Positions 1 through 13,747 of a stretch of 64,000 bases of DNA are shown piece after piece; positions within the stretch are counted from its first letter, which is position 1, and every line of letters begins with the position of its first letter. Made by a program: the position numbers and the translations under genes. This stretch comes from Octopus vulgaris (taxonomy: Eukaryota). The stretch covers positions 27,900,001 to 27,964,000 of the forward strand of contig OX597842.1 of NCBI GenBank assembly GCA_951406725.2. Direction: 5' to 3'. The notes beneath the pieces are model-generated. The model was not told the origin of the DNA, did not search any database, and saw only the letters and a program-made list of their open reading frames with translations.

Positions 1-84
1 TTTCAAATATTTTAAGAATTTTTATCCTGATTTCAAATGTCGGACAGAACACTGAATCGGAAAACTGATACGTCTAAAACTGGT

Positions 85-480
85 GGTGCATATGTATGTG
101 TGTATATATGTGTATGTATGTGTGTTTGCATGCATGTATGAATCTGCATGTATGTGCAGATGTATTTATGCATGCATGTATATATGTATGTGTGTGTGTT
201 TGTTTGTATGTATATATGTAATTGTGTATGTATGTATGTATGCATGCATGCATGCAAGTATGCATGCTGTATGTATGTATGTATGTATGCATGTATGCAT
301 GCATGCATGTATGCATGCATTATGTATGTATGTGCATATGTATGTCTGTACGTATGTATGTATGCATGCATGTATGTGTGTATGCATGTATGTATGCATG
401 TATGTATGTTTGTAAGTATGTGTTTGTAAGTATGCAAATATATATGTATGTATATATTTACGTATGTCTGTCTGTATGTC
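85..480. repeat. (TATG/CATG)n microsatellite
   Basis: Direct reading; source of the MYVC/HTYI ORFs. Confidence 0.95.
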
Positions 481-859
481 AGGTCACTTACAAGGCTCTC
501 ATAAGTGCTGCTGGTAACATGGAATCCAGTACAACCAGTTGCATGGTTGGGTTGTCAGCAACTAAACTGGCAACCCCACCTGGATATCCAGATGAGGAGC
601 ATTGCTAGAAACCCAACAAAATTAAAAACAAGACCTGTTGAAAGGTCGGATGAACGGCTGTCTAGCAATAGCAGCTGAAAAGGTTGGAATTAATTCCAGT
701 TGGTTTTAAGTTAATCATTCAACTTAAATATTACTTTACACACTTTGCTATCATATTTTGTTATACATGTATGCGTGTATGTATATATATGTAATTATAT
801 ATGCATGTCTGTTTTTATACCTGTATGTATGTACATATGTATTTATGGAAGTGTATTTG

Positions 860-1146
860 TAAGTGGATTTGGTAGACGGAAACTGAAAGAAGCCTGTCGT
901 ATATATGTATATATATGTGTATGTGTCTGTATGTGTTTATGTGTCGGTGTTTGTCCCCCTAGCATTGCTTGACAACTGATGCTGGTGTGTTTACGTCCCC
1001 GTCACTTAGCGGTTTAGCAAAAGAGACCGATAGAATAAGTACTGGGCTTACAAAGAATAAGTCCCGGGGTTGATTTGCTTGACTAAAGGCGGTGCTCCAG
1101 CATGGCCGCAGTCAAATGACTGAAACAAGTAAAAGAGTAAAAGAGT
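860..1146 (+). mobile_element. Octopus-type SINE, 3' part (OK-like)
   Basis: ggatttggtagacggaaactgaaagaagcc...gtgctccagcatggccgcagtcaaatgactgaaacaagtaaaagag tail; related copies at 2755-3200 (-) and 37070-37220 (+). Confidence 0.7.
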
Positions 1147-1165
1147 AAAGAGTATATACATAAAA

Positions 1166-1230
<65 letters not shown>

Positions 1231-1663
1231 AAGCGAGAGAGTCCGTTGATGCACTGGTTTTGGGTTTGGGGTACTGACTTTCCTTGTTCTATGACCAAAT
1301 CCGAACATTTCTTTTGGCCAAATCCCATGCCCACCTCAGCTGAAAAGGTTATTAATTCCAGTTGTTTTTAAGCATTGTTCACACTTTTAGCATAAATCTT
1401 CAGGTCGTCTACAAAGAAATTATGAGTTACATTGATATGGTAGGTGAGTACATATGTTTGTATGTATAAAATACAGTGTACATTTAAACACAATAAGAGG
1501 TGTCCATCATTGGACTGCCTCACGCTAGAAGGAACAGCTAAAGTCCAAACCACTAATTGGGGATAAATTCTCGAAGGGAATGAAAAAGAAAAACATTTAC
1601 CATCTATTTCCTGGATCGGTATTATTAATTATGTTTCTATGTATGTATTTATGTATGTGTATT

Positions 1664-1733
<70 letters not shown>

Positions 1734-1764
1734 AGAAGATAATGATAATGTGTATGTGTGCGTA

Positions 1765-2385
1765 TACAGGGTGTTCCAAAATTAAGGCCCCCAATTTTGG
1801 ACTTTAATAACAATCAATAGATGCGATAAGATATGAAAATTATACATCATTGTAAAAGCTTAGTGTGTCTTGTGTTTGCTTCAGACCAAATAAGTTCATA
1901 TTTATGGATTAGATAATGGCTACAGACCGAAATACAACCATAATACTCCACAACGAGGAGAAAGTAATACAACTATAGCAAAAAAATGCTTAAAAGTAAC
2001 CGAACAACAGTCAAGAAAAGTGTGAAGAAATTTCAAGAGACTGGTTCCACGGCTGATCACCCTGGACGTCGCCAAAATAGAAATGTGCAGACCGCTCAGC
2101 TTATCATAAGTACCAGAGAGAAGATATGGTGAAATCTCCATCATTCCCTCAGAAAAATGAGCTGAACATCAATGTATCCCAGTACTGAAGGAGGGTCTCA
2201 GGACCCAACGCTAAAAGACGATCCATTGTCATGAGCTCACACAAGTTTACAAAGCCACGAGAGTGGAGAGGAATCGTCTTATCATGGGTGAGATTGTTGA
2301 AAGCACGCTGCCCTAACTGGGGTTCACTGATGAAAAGAAATTTGACACCAAAAAGACAGCAAACCAGCAGAATCGCCAGATTCTC
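1765..2385 (+). mobile_element. Decayed Tc1/mariner element (left end and transposase fragment)
   Basis: TA|CAGGGTG terminus; broken reading frames giving ETGSTADHPGRR and FTDEKKF..NQQN.R-like motifs. Confidence 0.6.
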
Positions 2386-2399
2386 CTTGTGTGTGCATA

Positions 2400-2442
<43 letters not shown>

Positions 2443-2754
2443 AACTATGTACCATGTTTGTATGTATGGATGTGCATCTTTATATGTGTGGATCCGTGTC
2501 TCCATATGTGTCTGTTCTTGTAACCTATGTACCTATCCGTCTGAAATGGTTTTTAAAGAAATATTTCCAGAGTTTTCAAATGCAAAGAACACTTTCCCTT
2601 TTCTCTGCGACTCTGTCTCTCTTTTTTGAACTGTTGTGGGTTGTAGAGGCGTGTTTGAAGTTACACAGTATAAACATGGACATCTTCCAAACACATACTC
2701 ACACACGCATGCTCACACATACACATACACACGCACTCACACATTTTTAAAAAT

Positions 2755-3200
2755 CTTTTTCTTGATTCTGTCGTTTCGCTGCGGCCATGCTGGGGCAGCG
2801 CTTTGAAGAATTTTCGTCGATACAATTGACACCATTGATAATTCATATTTCTTGTTCATCCTGGGACTTATTCTATCCATCTATTTCGCTGAACCTCTCA
2901 GTCACAGGTACATAAATATACGAAAACAGGCTGTCAAACGGTTTGGGGGACAAACACAGACACACAAATAAATGTTGCTTCCATCCACGAAATCGTGGCC
3001 TGAACAGGTAAATAGCTTCACGAGTGTTTCTCCCCCGGCACAAAACCAAACTGCATCTCATCAAGGCTGACTCTCTTCCACTCACAAGATTTTGCTCAGC
3101 CCATGGCTATATCAGAAGACATTTGTCCAAGGTGCCATGCAGTGGGACTGAAACCAAGACCACAGAGTTGCGAAGCTAGATTCTTAACCACGTTGCTATG
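2755..3200 (-). mobile_element. tRNA-derived SINE (OK-like), diverged
   Basis: Reverse complement of the 860-1146 tail plus a tRNA-like head (gtggttaag...ggtttcagtccc). Confidence 0.65.
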
Positions 3201-3711
3201 ACTACCATTGCTGAAAATGAATTTCAGAGACAAATTTCTAGAACAATTTTATAAAATTCTTCCCTTTACAGGTTAAAGAGATTTATTCTTACCATATTCA
3301 TAACGAGAGATAGACGAAAGGAATTTTTCATGGGGACTTTATCATTAAATTCTAAAACTGGAGAAATAAGCTGAACGGGATTCCAAGATATTCATCATTA
3401 CACCATGAAATGTGGATCATAAAAATAACAAAGACATTATGAAAATGTCAATTAAGCAGAGAGAAATTCCAAAAGTATAATATATACCCAGGTTCTCAGG
3501 TTGTCACAGCGCTGCCTATATAATAGAACAAATCTATTATTATATATATATATATTTGTGTGTGTGTGTGTGTGTCTTTGTGTCTGTGTTTGTCCATCCA
3601 CCCCACTTGACCACCAGTGTTACTGTGTTTACATCCACATAACATAGCTGTTCCCCTCATAGAAACCGATAGAATATCTACCAGTTTTAAAGACAATAAA
3701 GAAATGAAGTT

Positions 3712-3840
3712 CTGGGTACGGGTATAAAATGGACAATGAGAAAATAAGCCATCTATTGTGTATGGATGACTTAAAACTCTTAGGCAAAGACAAGAATGAG
3801 CTTGAAGGCCTATTACATACCATGAAAGCATTCAGTGATG

Positions 3841-3842
<2 letters not shown>
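3712..3842 (+). mobile_element. R4/Dong-like LINE reverse transcriptase fragment
   Basis: Translates to GYGYKMDNEKISHLLCMDDLKLLGKDKNELEGLLHTMKAFSDD (YMDD-type catalytic motif). Confidence 0.7.
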
Positions 3843-3894
<52 letters not shown>

Positions 3895-4455
3895 AGAGGG
3901 AGAGAGAGTGAGAAAGAGAGAGAGACAAAGGGAGAGAGAGAGTTAGAGAGGAGACGGGGAGAGAGAGAGTGGGGAGACAGGCTGAGAGAGAGCGGGGGAA
4001 GGAGAGAGGGAGAGGGGAGGGAGAAAGAGAGAGGGAAGAAGAGAGAGAGGGAGGGTTTATGTATGTGTGTACGTATGTATGTGTGTATGTATGTGTGTAT
4101 GTGTGTATGTATGTATGTACGTGTGTATGTATGTATGTATGCATGTATGTATGTATATATGTGTGTATGTATGTATGTGTGTATGTACGTATGTATGTAT
4201 GTGTGTATGTATGTGTGTATGTATGTATGTATGTATTATGTGTGTATGTATGTACGTATGTATGTCTGTATGTGTGTGTGTATGTATGTATTTATGTATG
4301 TATGTATGTGTGTATGTATGTGTGTATGTATGTATGTATGTATTATGTGTGTATGTATGTACGTATGTATGTCTGTATGTGTGTGTGTATGTATGTATTT
4401 ATGTATGTATGTATGTGTGTATGTATGGCTTCAGTGACACACACACACACACACC
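3843..4455. repeat. (GA)n followed by (TATG/TG)n microsatellites
   Basis: Direct reading. Confidence 0.95.
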
Positions 4456-4861
4456 ATCGGCACGCCAACTTCAAAAGAACTTCCCCAATCCAACCGCGCC
4501 CTCTCTGTCTCTTTTGCTTCTATACCTATTATCGGATTTTGTTAGGGACCCTTTATGGTAAAGATGTGGAAGGGGAAAACGTGAGTAGAGGTTGATGTGC
4601 TAGCAACCATCTCCCTTCATTGTTTTACAAAGTAAACAACACCACAAATAACTACGCAGGGTCAGCCATGGTTGGAACAAGAGCAGCAAGCATTGTTAAA
4701 GGAGAAAAGAAGCATGGTCATTCCTTACCCAATTGATATTCTCTTATCGTCCATCACTTGTTCTGCGCCCATAAATGAGTTTCGTGTCCATCGTAGACGT
4801 TGCTTCCTAATCAACGGTTCGTCTTCCTCCAACCTTGCCATGTCAGTCGATTCCTTTATTA

Positions 4862-5027
4862 AATAATAATAATAATAATAATGAAATTATTGTATACAGT
4901 GCTCAGGTGCCCCACAACTTGTCAAAAACTGCTTATAAAGCATCTGCCTGGGGAGTGAACAGTGTATGAGTCAGATAGATGCTTGCTTGTGTGTATGGAG
5001 GGGAGAAAGCTCAGGTGTGGTGTTGGC

Positions 5028-5089
<62 letters not shown>

Positions 5090-5285
5090 CATAGTGTACG
5101 GTGCTCAGGTGCACTACAACTCATCTAAAGTGTGTGTATAGTACATAGGGTAATGTACAAGCGTCAGGAAAAGAACAGTGCATGGGTCATGACATACACA
5201 TATGTGTATGAGTATGGAAAGGGGACAATCAGGTTGGAAAGCATGAAGGCCCTAAAGGGTCCAGTGCCATGGCAGTCAACAACTA
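4862..5285 (-). mobile_element. Two CR1-type LINE 3' ends with (ATT)n tails
   Basis: Reverse complement of the 3' end at 12590-12650 (cacctgagcactgtatacaataatttcattatt). Confidence 0.65.
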
Positions 5286-6196
5286 GATTAAAACTTTTTA
5301 GTTACCTAGAAATTATGCTACAAACTGCCGTTCAAAAGGAAAAGATCCCAAAAATGTTTTATTTCGACACATTCTACCGGTATACGAAATTTAAAAGTGT
5401 TTAGTTAAACTAGAAGATAAAAAAAGACCCCTTTCCAGCCTACGGCATAAAAAGGAGTTTTGAAACCCTTTTCGCCATTGCGCATGCGTTGACTGCGACG
5501 CTAAAAGTGAAAGTTAGGGAGTATTTGTTGAAGGGTGGGCGACACGGGTGGAACGGAGGTTTTTGGAAATTTTGTCTTTTTAATTTTCGCTTTTAAAATG
5601 CGTCCTTCCTTTCTCTTTGATTTCCAAATAAGCTTTTTTAAATACTTCGAAATCAAAACTGGGCGCAGCCGTACCTTAAATAAGCAGTCTATTCACGTGC
5701 TAGAAATAGCAGCCAAATCTCACACAAACTCTTTTTCGCACATTTTTTTCTATTTGTAAATTTTTATTTTTTCCATAATCGATTCATAGAATCCGATTAT
5801 ATCGCATTATTATTTCTATTTCTGGAAAAAGCTATTCGTAGGGGTTGGGATGAGTTTCCACAAAAATCCCAAACTGGTCGGATTTGTTTCTTGGCGATAA
5901 AATTTCAGAGAAATTTCCCGCGGTAAAAAAACCCCCCAAAAAACAGGTATTATATATACTGTGTAGCAAAAAGGGAAAATAAAGGGTTCATTTTATTTAT
6001 AGACTTCATTGATTGGTTGAAATTGCAAAAATTGAAGAAAAAAAACAACAAATATCTTACAAACTATAGAATTTTCTGAAGAAAGCCAAGAGAAAAAGAT
6101 GTTTTATAAACACATTCTACCAGTATATGAAGTTTAAAAGTACTTAGTTACGTGGAAATTATTTTAAAAAACTGCCGTTCAAACGGAAAAGATCCC
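5281..6196. mobile_element. Fragments of the GGATCTTTT-terminated foldback DNA element family
   Basis: Shared motifs cacattctaccagtatacgaagtttaaaagtgtttagtta and ctgccgttcaaa.ggaaaagatccc, also near 13.8, 14.6, 34.5, 35.7 and 46.2 kb. Confidence 0.6.
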
Positions 6197-6436
6197 CATC
6201 TAGCCCTGTCATATTGTGTATGTTATGCTGAATCTCCCTGTGAACTACATTAAGGGTATGTGTGCCTGTGGAGTACTCAGCCACTTGTGCATTAATTTAA
6301 CGAGCAGGCTGTTCCATTGATCAGAACAAAAGAAACAAATGTTGCCATAACCGGCCGAGTGCTCCTAATGTGCTTTTGTCTGACCCATGCAAGCATGGAA
6401 AAAGAGATGTTAAAACGATGATGATGATTAGAAAAA

Positions 6437-7200
6437 TAACCCTGAAATATTTCCTCAGGAAAATATTTCCCACACAAGTATCGATGTTAAGTGAGAAGGG
6501 TGGAGCAAACCAAACGACATTTCTGCGGCGCTTCCTTTCCTGGTGTCAGGGCCTGGCATATAGGAGAGGCAGTCCTTAAATCCACTCCATGCCAGTGCCT
6601 CGTTGTAGAAGGGGGCAGCAGCGTCAAAGATATCTTGGTTCGAGGATAGATTCGAGATCCTCTTGCTTACACCTCTCACTAGGTTCTTGAAAAATATAGG
6701 GCTGGTGCCAGTTCTAATGCAAGACATTCTCTGGTTTGGCTTGTGATAAAGCTTGTGTCTACCAGAGCACAGATCGAAAGTAACATGGAAGAAAGTTACT
6801 GTGAGGAGTTTAGTCTTGTGTTGAGGTCCAGAAGGCAAGTTGCTGAAATGGGAAACTAACGAATTGTGGTTCTAATCGTTCTGCACATTTATCAGTGTGA
6901 TAACTGAGGTATATTCGGCGATATTGTGGGGAGGAAATTTGTTGTTTGTGGACCATACAGCTCTTTTGGATTAAAATTCCTCTCGAATCAATTTAGTTTC
7001 GAAGGCAGCCCAAGCATCTGATTATGTAAATGAGGTTTTGGGGTGTGCAATGGACGTTGGATTTGATTTTGAATATTTGCCTTCGTCTGAAATGGAATTT
7101 CGATCCTTCTAAAAGATGTTCTGCAAATAGGTGAACCACACTTTACAACTCTTGCATCTGTTGTTCTAGGGAATAGTTTGGCATCGGTGAGAATCTTCAA
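6437..7200 (-). mobile_element. Penelope-like element RT C-terminal fragment
   Basis: YHKPN...KRISNLSSNQDIFDAAAPFYNEALAWSGF, then after a frameshift RRRNVVWFAPPFS; typical PLE RT thumb/linker. Confidence 0.75.
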
Positions 7201-7411
7201 GAAGTAAGACTGAATAAAGAAGACTCATTTACCCCCAAATACAGACCAAATAAATAAATATGAACCCATATTAAAAATAAAGGACTTACCCCATCTAATG
7301 TAGGGCATAAGCCAGAAAAAAAAATAGAGAGAACAAATAAAAATTTACAGATTTACCTCCCCTTAACTGTAAAATATATGAATGAACAATTATCTCCACT
7401 TGCCGTATATA

Positions 7412-8558
7412 TTTTTTTTCAACTCTCAGTTTGATAAGCAACTCGAAACCGGTCCTTCAATTATTTTGAAAGGACAAAACCTTATTTTGTACAAAATTAT
7501 ATATCTTTTTTTTCAACTCTCAGTTTGATAAGCAACTCGAAACCGGTCCTTCAATTATTTTGAAAGGACAAAACCTTATTTTGTACAAAATTATATATCT
7601 TTTTTTTCAACTCTCAGTTTGATAAGCAACTCGAAACCGGTCCTTCAATTATTTTGAAAGGACAAAACCTTATTTTGTACAAAATTATATATCTTTTTTT
7701 TTCAACTCTCAGTTTGATAAGCAACTCGAAACCGGTCCTTCAATTATTTTGAAAGGACAAAACCTTATTTTGTACAAAATTATATATCTTTTTTTTTTCA
7801 ACTCTCAGTTTGATAAGCAACTCGAAACCGGTCCTTCAATTATTTTGAAAGGACAAAACCTTATTTTGTACAAAATTATAAATCTTTTTTTTTTCAACTC
7901 TCAGTTTGATAAGCAACTCGAAACCGGTCCTTCAATTATTTTGAAAGGACAAAACCTTATTTTGTACAAAATTATATATCTTTTTTTTCAACTCTCAGTT
8001 TGATAAGCAACTCGAAACCGGTCCTTCAATTATTTTGAAAGGACAAAACCTTATTTTGTACAAAATTATATATCTTTTTTTTCAACTCTCAGTTTGATAA
8101 GCAACTGAAACCGGTCCTTCAATTATTTTGAAAGGACAAAACCTTATTTTGTACAAAATTATATATCTTTTTTTTTTTCAACTCTCAGTTTGATAAGCAA
8201 CTCGAAACCGGTCCTTCAATTATTTTGAAAGGACAAAACCTTATTTTGTACAAAATTATATATCTTTTTTTTCAACTCTCAGTTTGATAAGCAACTCGAA
8301 ACCGGTCCTTCAATTATTTTGAAAGGACAAAACCTTATTTTGTACAAAATTATATATCTTTTTTTTTCAACTCTCAGTTTGATAAGCAACTCGAAACCGG
8401 TCCTTCAATTATTTTGAAAGGACAAAACCTTATTTTGTACAAAATTATATATCTTTTTTTTCAACTCTCAGTTTGATAAGCAACTCGAAACCGGTCCTTC
8501 AATTATTTTGAAAGGACAAAACCTTATTTTGTACAAAATTTACATATCTTTTTTTTCC
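7412..8558. repeat. Tandem array of 12 near-identical ~94-bp units
   Basis: caactctcagtttgataagcaactcgaaaccggtcc... recurs at 7420, 7514, 7608, 7703, 7799, 7895, 7989, 8083, 8179, 8273, 8368 and 8462. Confidence 0.97.
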
Positions 8559-8618
8559 ATGGCTCTAATATACCCCTAAATCCTGTGAAACAAATCTTCT
8601 GATTTTTTCATCTTTTCT

Positions 8619-9700
8619 CATCATCATCATCATCATCGTTTAACGTCCGTTCTCCATGCTAGCATGGGTTGGACGGTTCGACCGGGGATCTGGGAAGCCA
8701 GAAGGCTGCACCAGGCTCCAGTCTGATCTGGCAGTGTTTCTACAGCTGGATGCCCTTCCTAACGCCAACCACTCCGTGAGTGTAGTGGGTGCTTTTTACA
8801 TGCCACCTGCACAGGTGCCAGGCGAGGCTGGCAACGGCCACGATCGGATTGGTGCATTTTACGTGCCACCGGCATGGGAGCCAGTCGAGGCGGCACTAGC
8901 ATCAGCCATGATTCGGATAGCGCTTTTTACGTACCACCAGTCCAGGGGTCCAGGCATCTGCCGGGTGCCAGTCATAGGATTGGTTCAATTTCGATTCCGA
9001 TTTCACTTGCCCCAACAGGTCTTCGCAAGCAGAGAAGTGGGGTTGGCATGGGTGCTTGTCGTCGGATGAGGTTCGATTTCGACTTTGCTTGCCTCAACAG
9101 GTCTTTGTGTGTCCAAGGGAGGAAAGGCATGCATAAGTGGGCTGGACTCACTTGTCCTGCCTGGTCTTCTCACGCACAGTATATTTCCAAAGGTCTCGGT
9201 CGCTGGTCATTGCCTCGGTGAGGCCTAAAGTTCGAAGGTTGTGCTTCACCACCTCGTCCCAGGTTTTCCTGGGTATACCTCTTCTACGGGTTCCCTCAAC
9301 TGCTAGGGATTGGCACTTTTTCACACACCTATCTTCATCCATTCTCGCCACATGACCATACCAACGCAATCGTCTCTCTTGCACACCACATCTGATGCTT
9401 CTTAGGTCCAACATTTCTCTCAAGGTACCTACACTCTGGCGAGTATGCACACTGACATTACACATCCATCGGAGCATACTGGCTTCATTTCTTGTGAGCT
9501 TACGCATGTCCTCAGCAGTCACGGCCCATGTTTCACTGCCGTGTAGCATGGCTGTTCGTACACATGCATCATACAGTCTGCCTTTTACTCTGAGCGAGAG
9601 GCCTTTTGTCACCAGCAGAGGTAAGAGCTCCCTGAACTTTGCCCAGGCTATTCTTACTCTAGCCGTTACACTTTCAGCGCACCCACCCTCACTACTGACT
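8619..9700 (-). mobile_element. RTE-clade LINE, 5'-truncated
   Basis: ORF2 C-terminus [17 protein letters not shown]...[12 protein letters not shown]; long 3' UTR; (ATG)n tail. Confidence 0.92.
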
Positions 9701-9817
9701 TATATATCGACCATGTGTTTCTCCACTAAAATATTTTCTACCCCATATATATATATATATTTATATATATATATATATATATACACATACATACATACAT
9801 ACATCATACATACATAC

Positions 9818-9888
<71 letters not shown>

Positions 9889-10300
9889 CATATATATATT
9901 AAACTATTAAGAGTAGATATTAGACCTTGATCTTAGCCATAAGACTGAGAAGCAATAACTATGTGTGTGTGTGTGTGTGTGTGTGAGTGTGTTTCTATGC
10001 TTGTCTCCCTCAACTGCTTGACAACCAATGTTAGTATGTTTACATCCCCATGACTTAGTAATAATACTGATTATTCATTTTTATACTTTTTATGATCTAG
10101 TTATATGTTTTAAAAAATACATTTTATTTTATATTTATGATTTGGTTTATGTCTATCATTGTTTGAATTGCATAATAGTGGTTTTATCTCGAATTTATAG
10201 ATATTATATATTTATATTGTAAAATTTGATTTAATACTAAATTGAATTTTCCCCTGTAAGTTTGGAGTTATACTCCCTAATATTATTATTATATATATAT

Positions 10301-11835
10301 ATCATCATCATCATCATCCGTTTAACGTCTGCTTTTCATGCTAGCTTGGGTTGGACGATTTGACTGAGGTCTGGCGAACCAGACTCCAATCTGATCTGGC
10401 AGAGTTTCTACAGCTGGATGCCTTTCCTAATGCCAACCACTCCGAGAGTGTAGTGGGTGCTTTTATGTGCCACCAGGCATAGGGCCAGTTTGGTGGTACT
10501 GGCAACGGCCACACTCAAATGGTGCTTTTTATGTGCCACCTGCACAGGAGCCAGTCCAGCGGCACTGGCAACGATCTCACTCGAATGTTTTTTTCATGTG
10601 CCACCAGCACAAGTGCCAGTAAGGCGGCGCAGGTGACGACCACACTCGAATGGTGTTTTTAACTTACCATCGGCACGAAGGCCAGCTTGTTGCTCTGGCA
10701 ACGATCTCCCTCGTATGGTACTCTTAGCGCTCCACTAGCAACGGATACCAGTCACCAAGTTTGATTTCGACTTCGATTTCACTTGCCTCAACTGGTCTTC
10801 ACAAGCAGAGTTTAGTGTCCAATGAAGAAAAGGCACACATAAGGGGACTGGTTACCCCCTAGCATAGGCCACAAGGTTATGGTCACACTTGCGCTTGCCG
10901 AGTCTTCTGCAGCACAGCATATTTCCAGAGGTCCCGGTCATTAGTAATTGCCTCGGTGAGGCCCAATGTTTGAAGGTCATGCTTCGCCACTTCATCCCAG
11001 GTTTTCCTGGGTCTACCAATTTTACAGGTTCCCTCAACTGCTATGGTGTGGCACTTTTTCACACAACTATCCACATCCATTCTTGACACATGGCCATACC
11101 AGCGCAAACGTCTCTCTTGCACACCACATCTGATGTTTCTTAGGTCCAACATTTCTCTCAAGGTACTTACACTCTGTCGGGTATGAACACTGACATTACA
11201 CATCCAATGGAGCATACTGGCTTCATTTCTTGCAAGCTTACGCATATCCTCAGCAGTCACGGCCCAAGTTTCACTGCCATGTAGCATGGCTGTTTGTACA
11301 CATGCGTCATACAGTCTGCCTTTTACTCTGAACGAGAGGCCCTTTATCGCCAGCAGAGGTAAGAGCTCTCTGAACTTTGCCCAGGCTATTCTTATTCTAG
11401 CAGCTACACTTTCAGTACACCCGCTACTGACTTGGTCACCTAGGTAACGGAAGCTATCAACTACTTCTAGTTTTTCTCCCTGGAATGTGGTGTAAGTTGG
11501 TCTCTGCGCATTTTCAGTGTTTATTGCTCCTGAGCATCTGCCACATACAAAAACTATTTTCCTAGTTAGCCTTCCTTTGACATTGCTGCACCTCTTATGT
11601 GTCCATAGCTTACACTTGGTGCACCTTATAGAGTTTCTACCTACGCCTTTTTTACAGATCGAGCAGGGCCATCTACCTGAAGGTGTTTGTGATTTGTCTA
11701 CCTTCCTACTTATTAGGACTTCAGTTTTAGCTAGGTTGATTCTAAGGCCCCTTCGATTCTAATCCTTGTTTCCACACCTGAAACTTCTCCTCCAGTTCTG
11801 ATAGTGACTCAGCAATTAGAGCAAGGTCATCAGCA
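10301..11835 (-). mobile_element. RTE-clade LINE, 5'-truncated (same family)
   Basis: Same ORF2 C-terminus and 3' UTR; extends to the YADDL region near 11830. Confidence 0.92.
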
Positions 11836-12224
11836 ATATACATACATATACACAACTGTATACCCATATATATACATATATAAATACATATATGCAATTG
11901 TCAGATTTACAATTATTCCAACACATCTTCAGGTTCTATTTCAAAATATTATATATCTAATTTTACACCCCTTTAAAAATACGCAATACAATTAAGCATT
12001 AAAGATTAAAAATTAAGAAGAAAAATGATACTTTGAAATATTAAGAATTAAAATTTATTAATTATACATTATAAATATGAATTAGTATATATACATCAAT
12101 CATGTAAAATCAAGTATATGAGAAATACAGAATGTGAGATATAAGATTAAACATCAGAATAAAAATGTGTGTTTAAATGTGATATATAACAAGAAAAATT
12201 CAAATACACACATTGAAACTCCGA

Positions 12225-12650
12225 CGTCTGGCAGCTGACTTGACAGACACCCCTAAAATTATTAACCATCTTACAAACAATAACTCTGAGCACCTTTTCA
12301 AACTCCACCTGTGGACATGTTTACAAAGTCAGAAAACAGCACAGCTCCCATGACTTTAGGAAACATTTTTTCACGCTAAGAGTTGCTGAAGCATGGAACA
12401 AACTGCCGGCATCAGTTGTTAGTTGTCAGAGCACTGCATCCTTGAAAACTTCCATGCTTCCTGAGATTTGCCAACACTACACCTGATTTTCTCCCCTATA
12501 TACACACACAAGCATGTAGCTGACTCATACATTATTCGCTTTCCAGACATTTGTACATTACTGCATATACTTTATACGCACTGTCTGACAAGTTGTGGCG
12601 CACCTGAGCACTGTATACAATAATTTCATTATTATTATTATTATTATTAT
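12225..12650 (+). mobile_element. CR1-type LINE 3' end
   Basis: Encodes HDFRKHFFTLRVAEAWNKLPASVV; (ATT)n tail. Confidence 0.8.
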
Positions 12651-12699
12651 ATGAGGATTTGGTACAAGTAGTGAAGTTGACAACCAATCTAAGACTTTT

Positions 12700-13490
12700 T
12701 ACAAAAGATCATTCTGATGAAAGAGAGATGTAGGAAATAGTGACATTTCTGTCGAACAAAGTCTAGGTGCATTCAAAATCAACCTGACTTACAACCTTTG
12801 TCTTTAATTCCAACTGATTTTGTATAGGCTGACCTTGCAAATAACTTCACAGACCCCGTGTGGCTTGCAAACAGACCCATTATTACTCCAACAAATGAAA
12901 TATCACAATTTGTGAATGAATTTATGTTGACCAGGATCCCTGGCGAGGTAAAGATATACAGAAAGCTCAGATACAGTTGATAACGAAGCTCTGTACCTAA
13001 TCAAATTCATCAACAAACTCCTACCATCAGGTTTTCCATGGACATATCCTCACCTCAAAGACAAGAGGCTGCATTAGGTTTTCGAAGAATTTAGATGTTA
13101 AACAAGGCCATTGCAATGACACAGGCTACGTTATTATCTGCTTGCACGATCTTATTATTGTGGCTGAGGTTGCTTGTGGTCCTTCTGCAGGATCAGTGCT
13201 GGTAATCTCAAGGATTCCGCATGGGTCTCAATGACTGGAGTTCCCATTCACAGTTACCACATAAACAATTTCCTGTGGAACCAGTCTCTGCCTTGACATG
13301 CAGCAAGGCACAGGGACAGACATTTAAACCAAGCAGAATATATCTTCCAACGCAATTCTTCTCCCGTGGTCAGCTGTAAGTTTCCTTTTCTAGATTTTGG
13401 ATGAAGGCTAATGTAAAAATATTGGCTGAGAGAAATAGAAACTGTATATTGACTGACAATTGTGTCCACAAGGAGGTTCTACTTGAAAAC
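12700..13490 (+). mobile_element. Helitron PIF1-helicase pseudogene fragment
   Basis: Broken frames give WLANRPIITPTNE, IPGE, AQGQTF, IYLPTQFFSRGQL* and NCVHKEVL, matching the Helitron RepHel C-terminus. Confidence 0.8.
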
Positions 13491-13747
13491 AAAATGTGCA
13501 TTTTAAGTAAGTTTCACAAAATGGAATTTACAACTTTCGTTTTTTGAAAAATTCCACAGGATATTTAAACTGTCTCTATAACAATGGAAGTGTTTAGGGA
13601 GATGCTGGGACTTACAACAACAACAACAACAAATGAAATTTGAAAGTTTGTCTTTATTTCCACAGTTTATCTAGAACAATGAGGGAACCAAACCAGTAAA
13701 GGGGTCTACAGGTGGTAGAGAGATCTGCTAGAATTAGTAACCAAATC

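Noticed and set aside
33-4595. Many ORFs rich in MYVC/HTYI/ERER, here and throughout the window
   Set aside because: Translations of stop-free microsatellites; no coding evidence.
7412-8558. CRISPR-like appearance of the 94-bp palindromic array
   Set aside because: No unique spacers, no cas genes, eukaryotic context.
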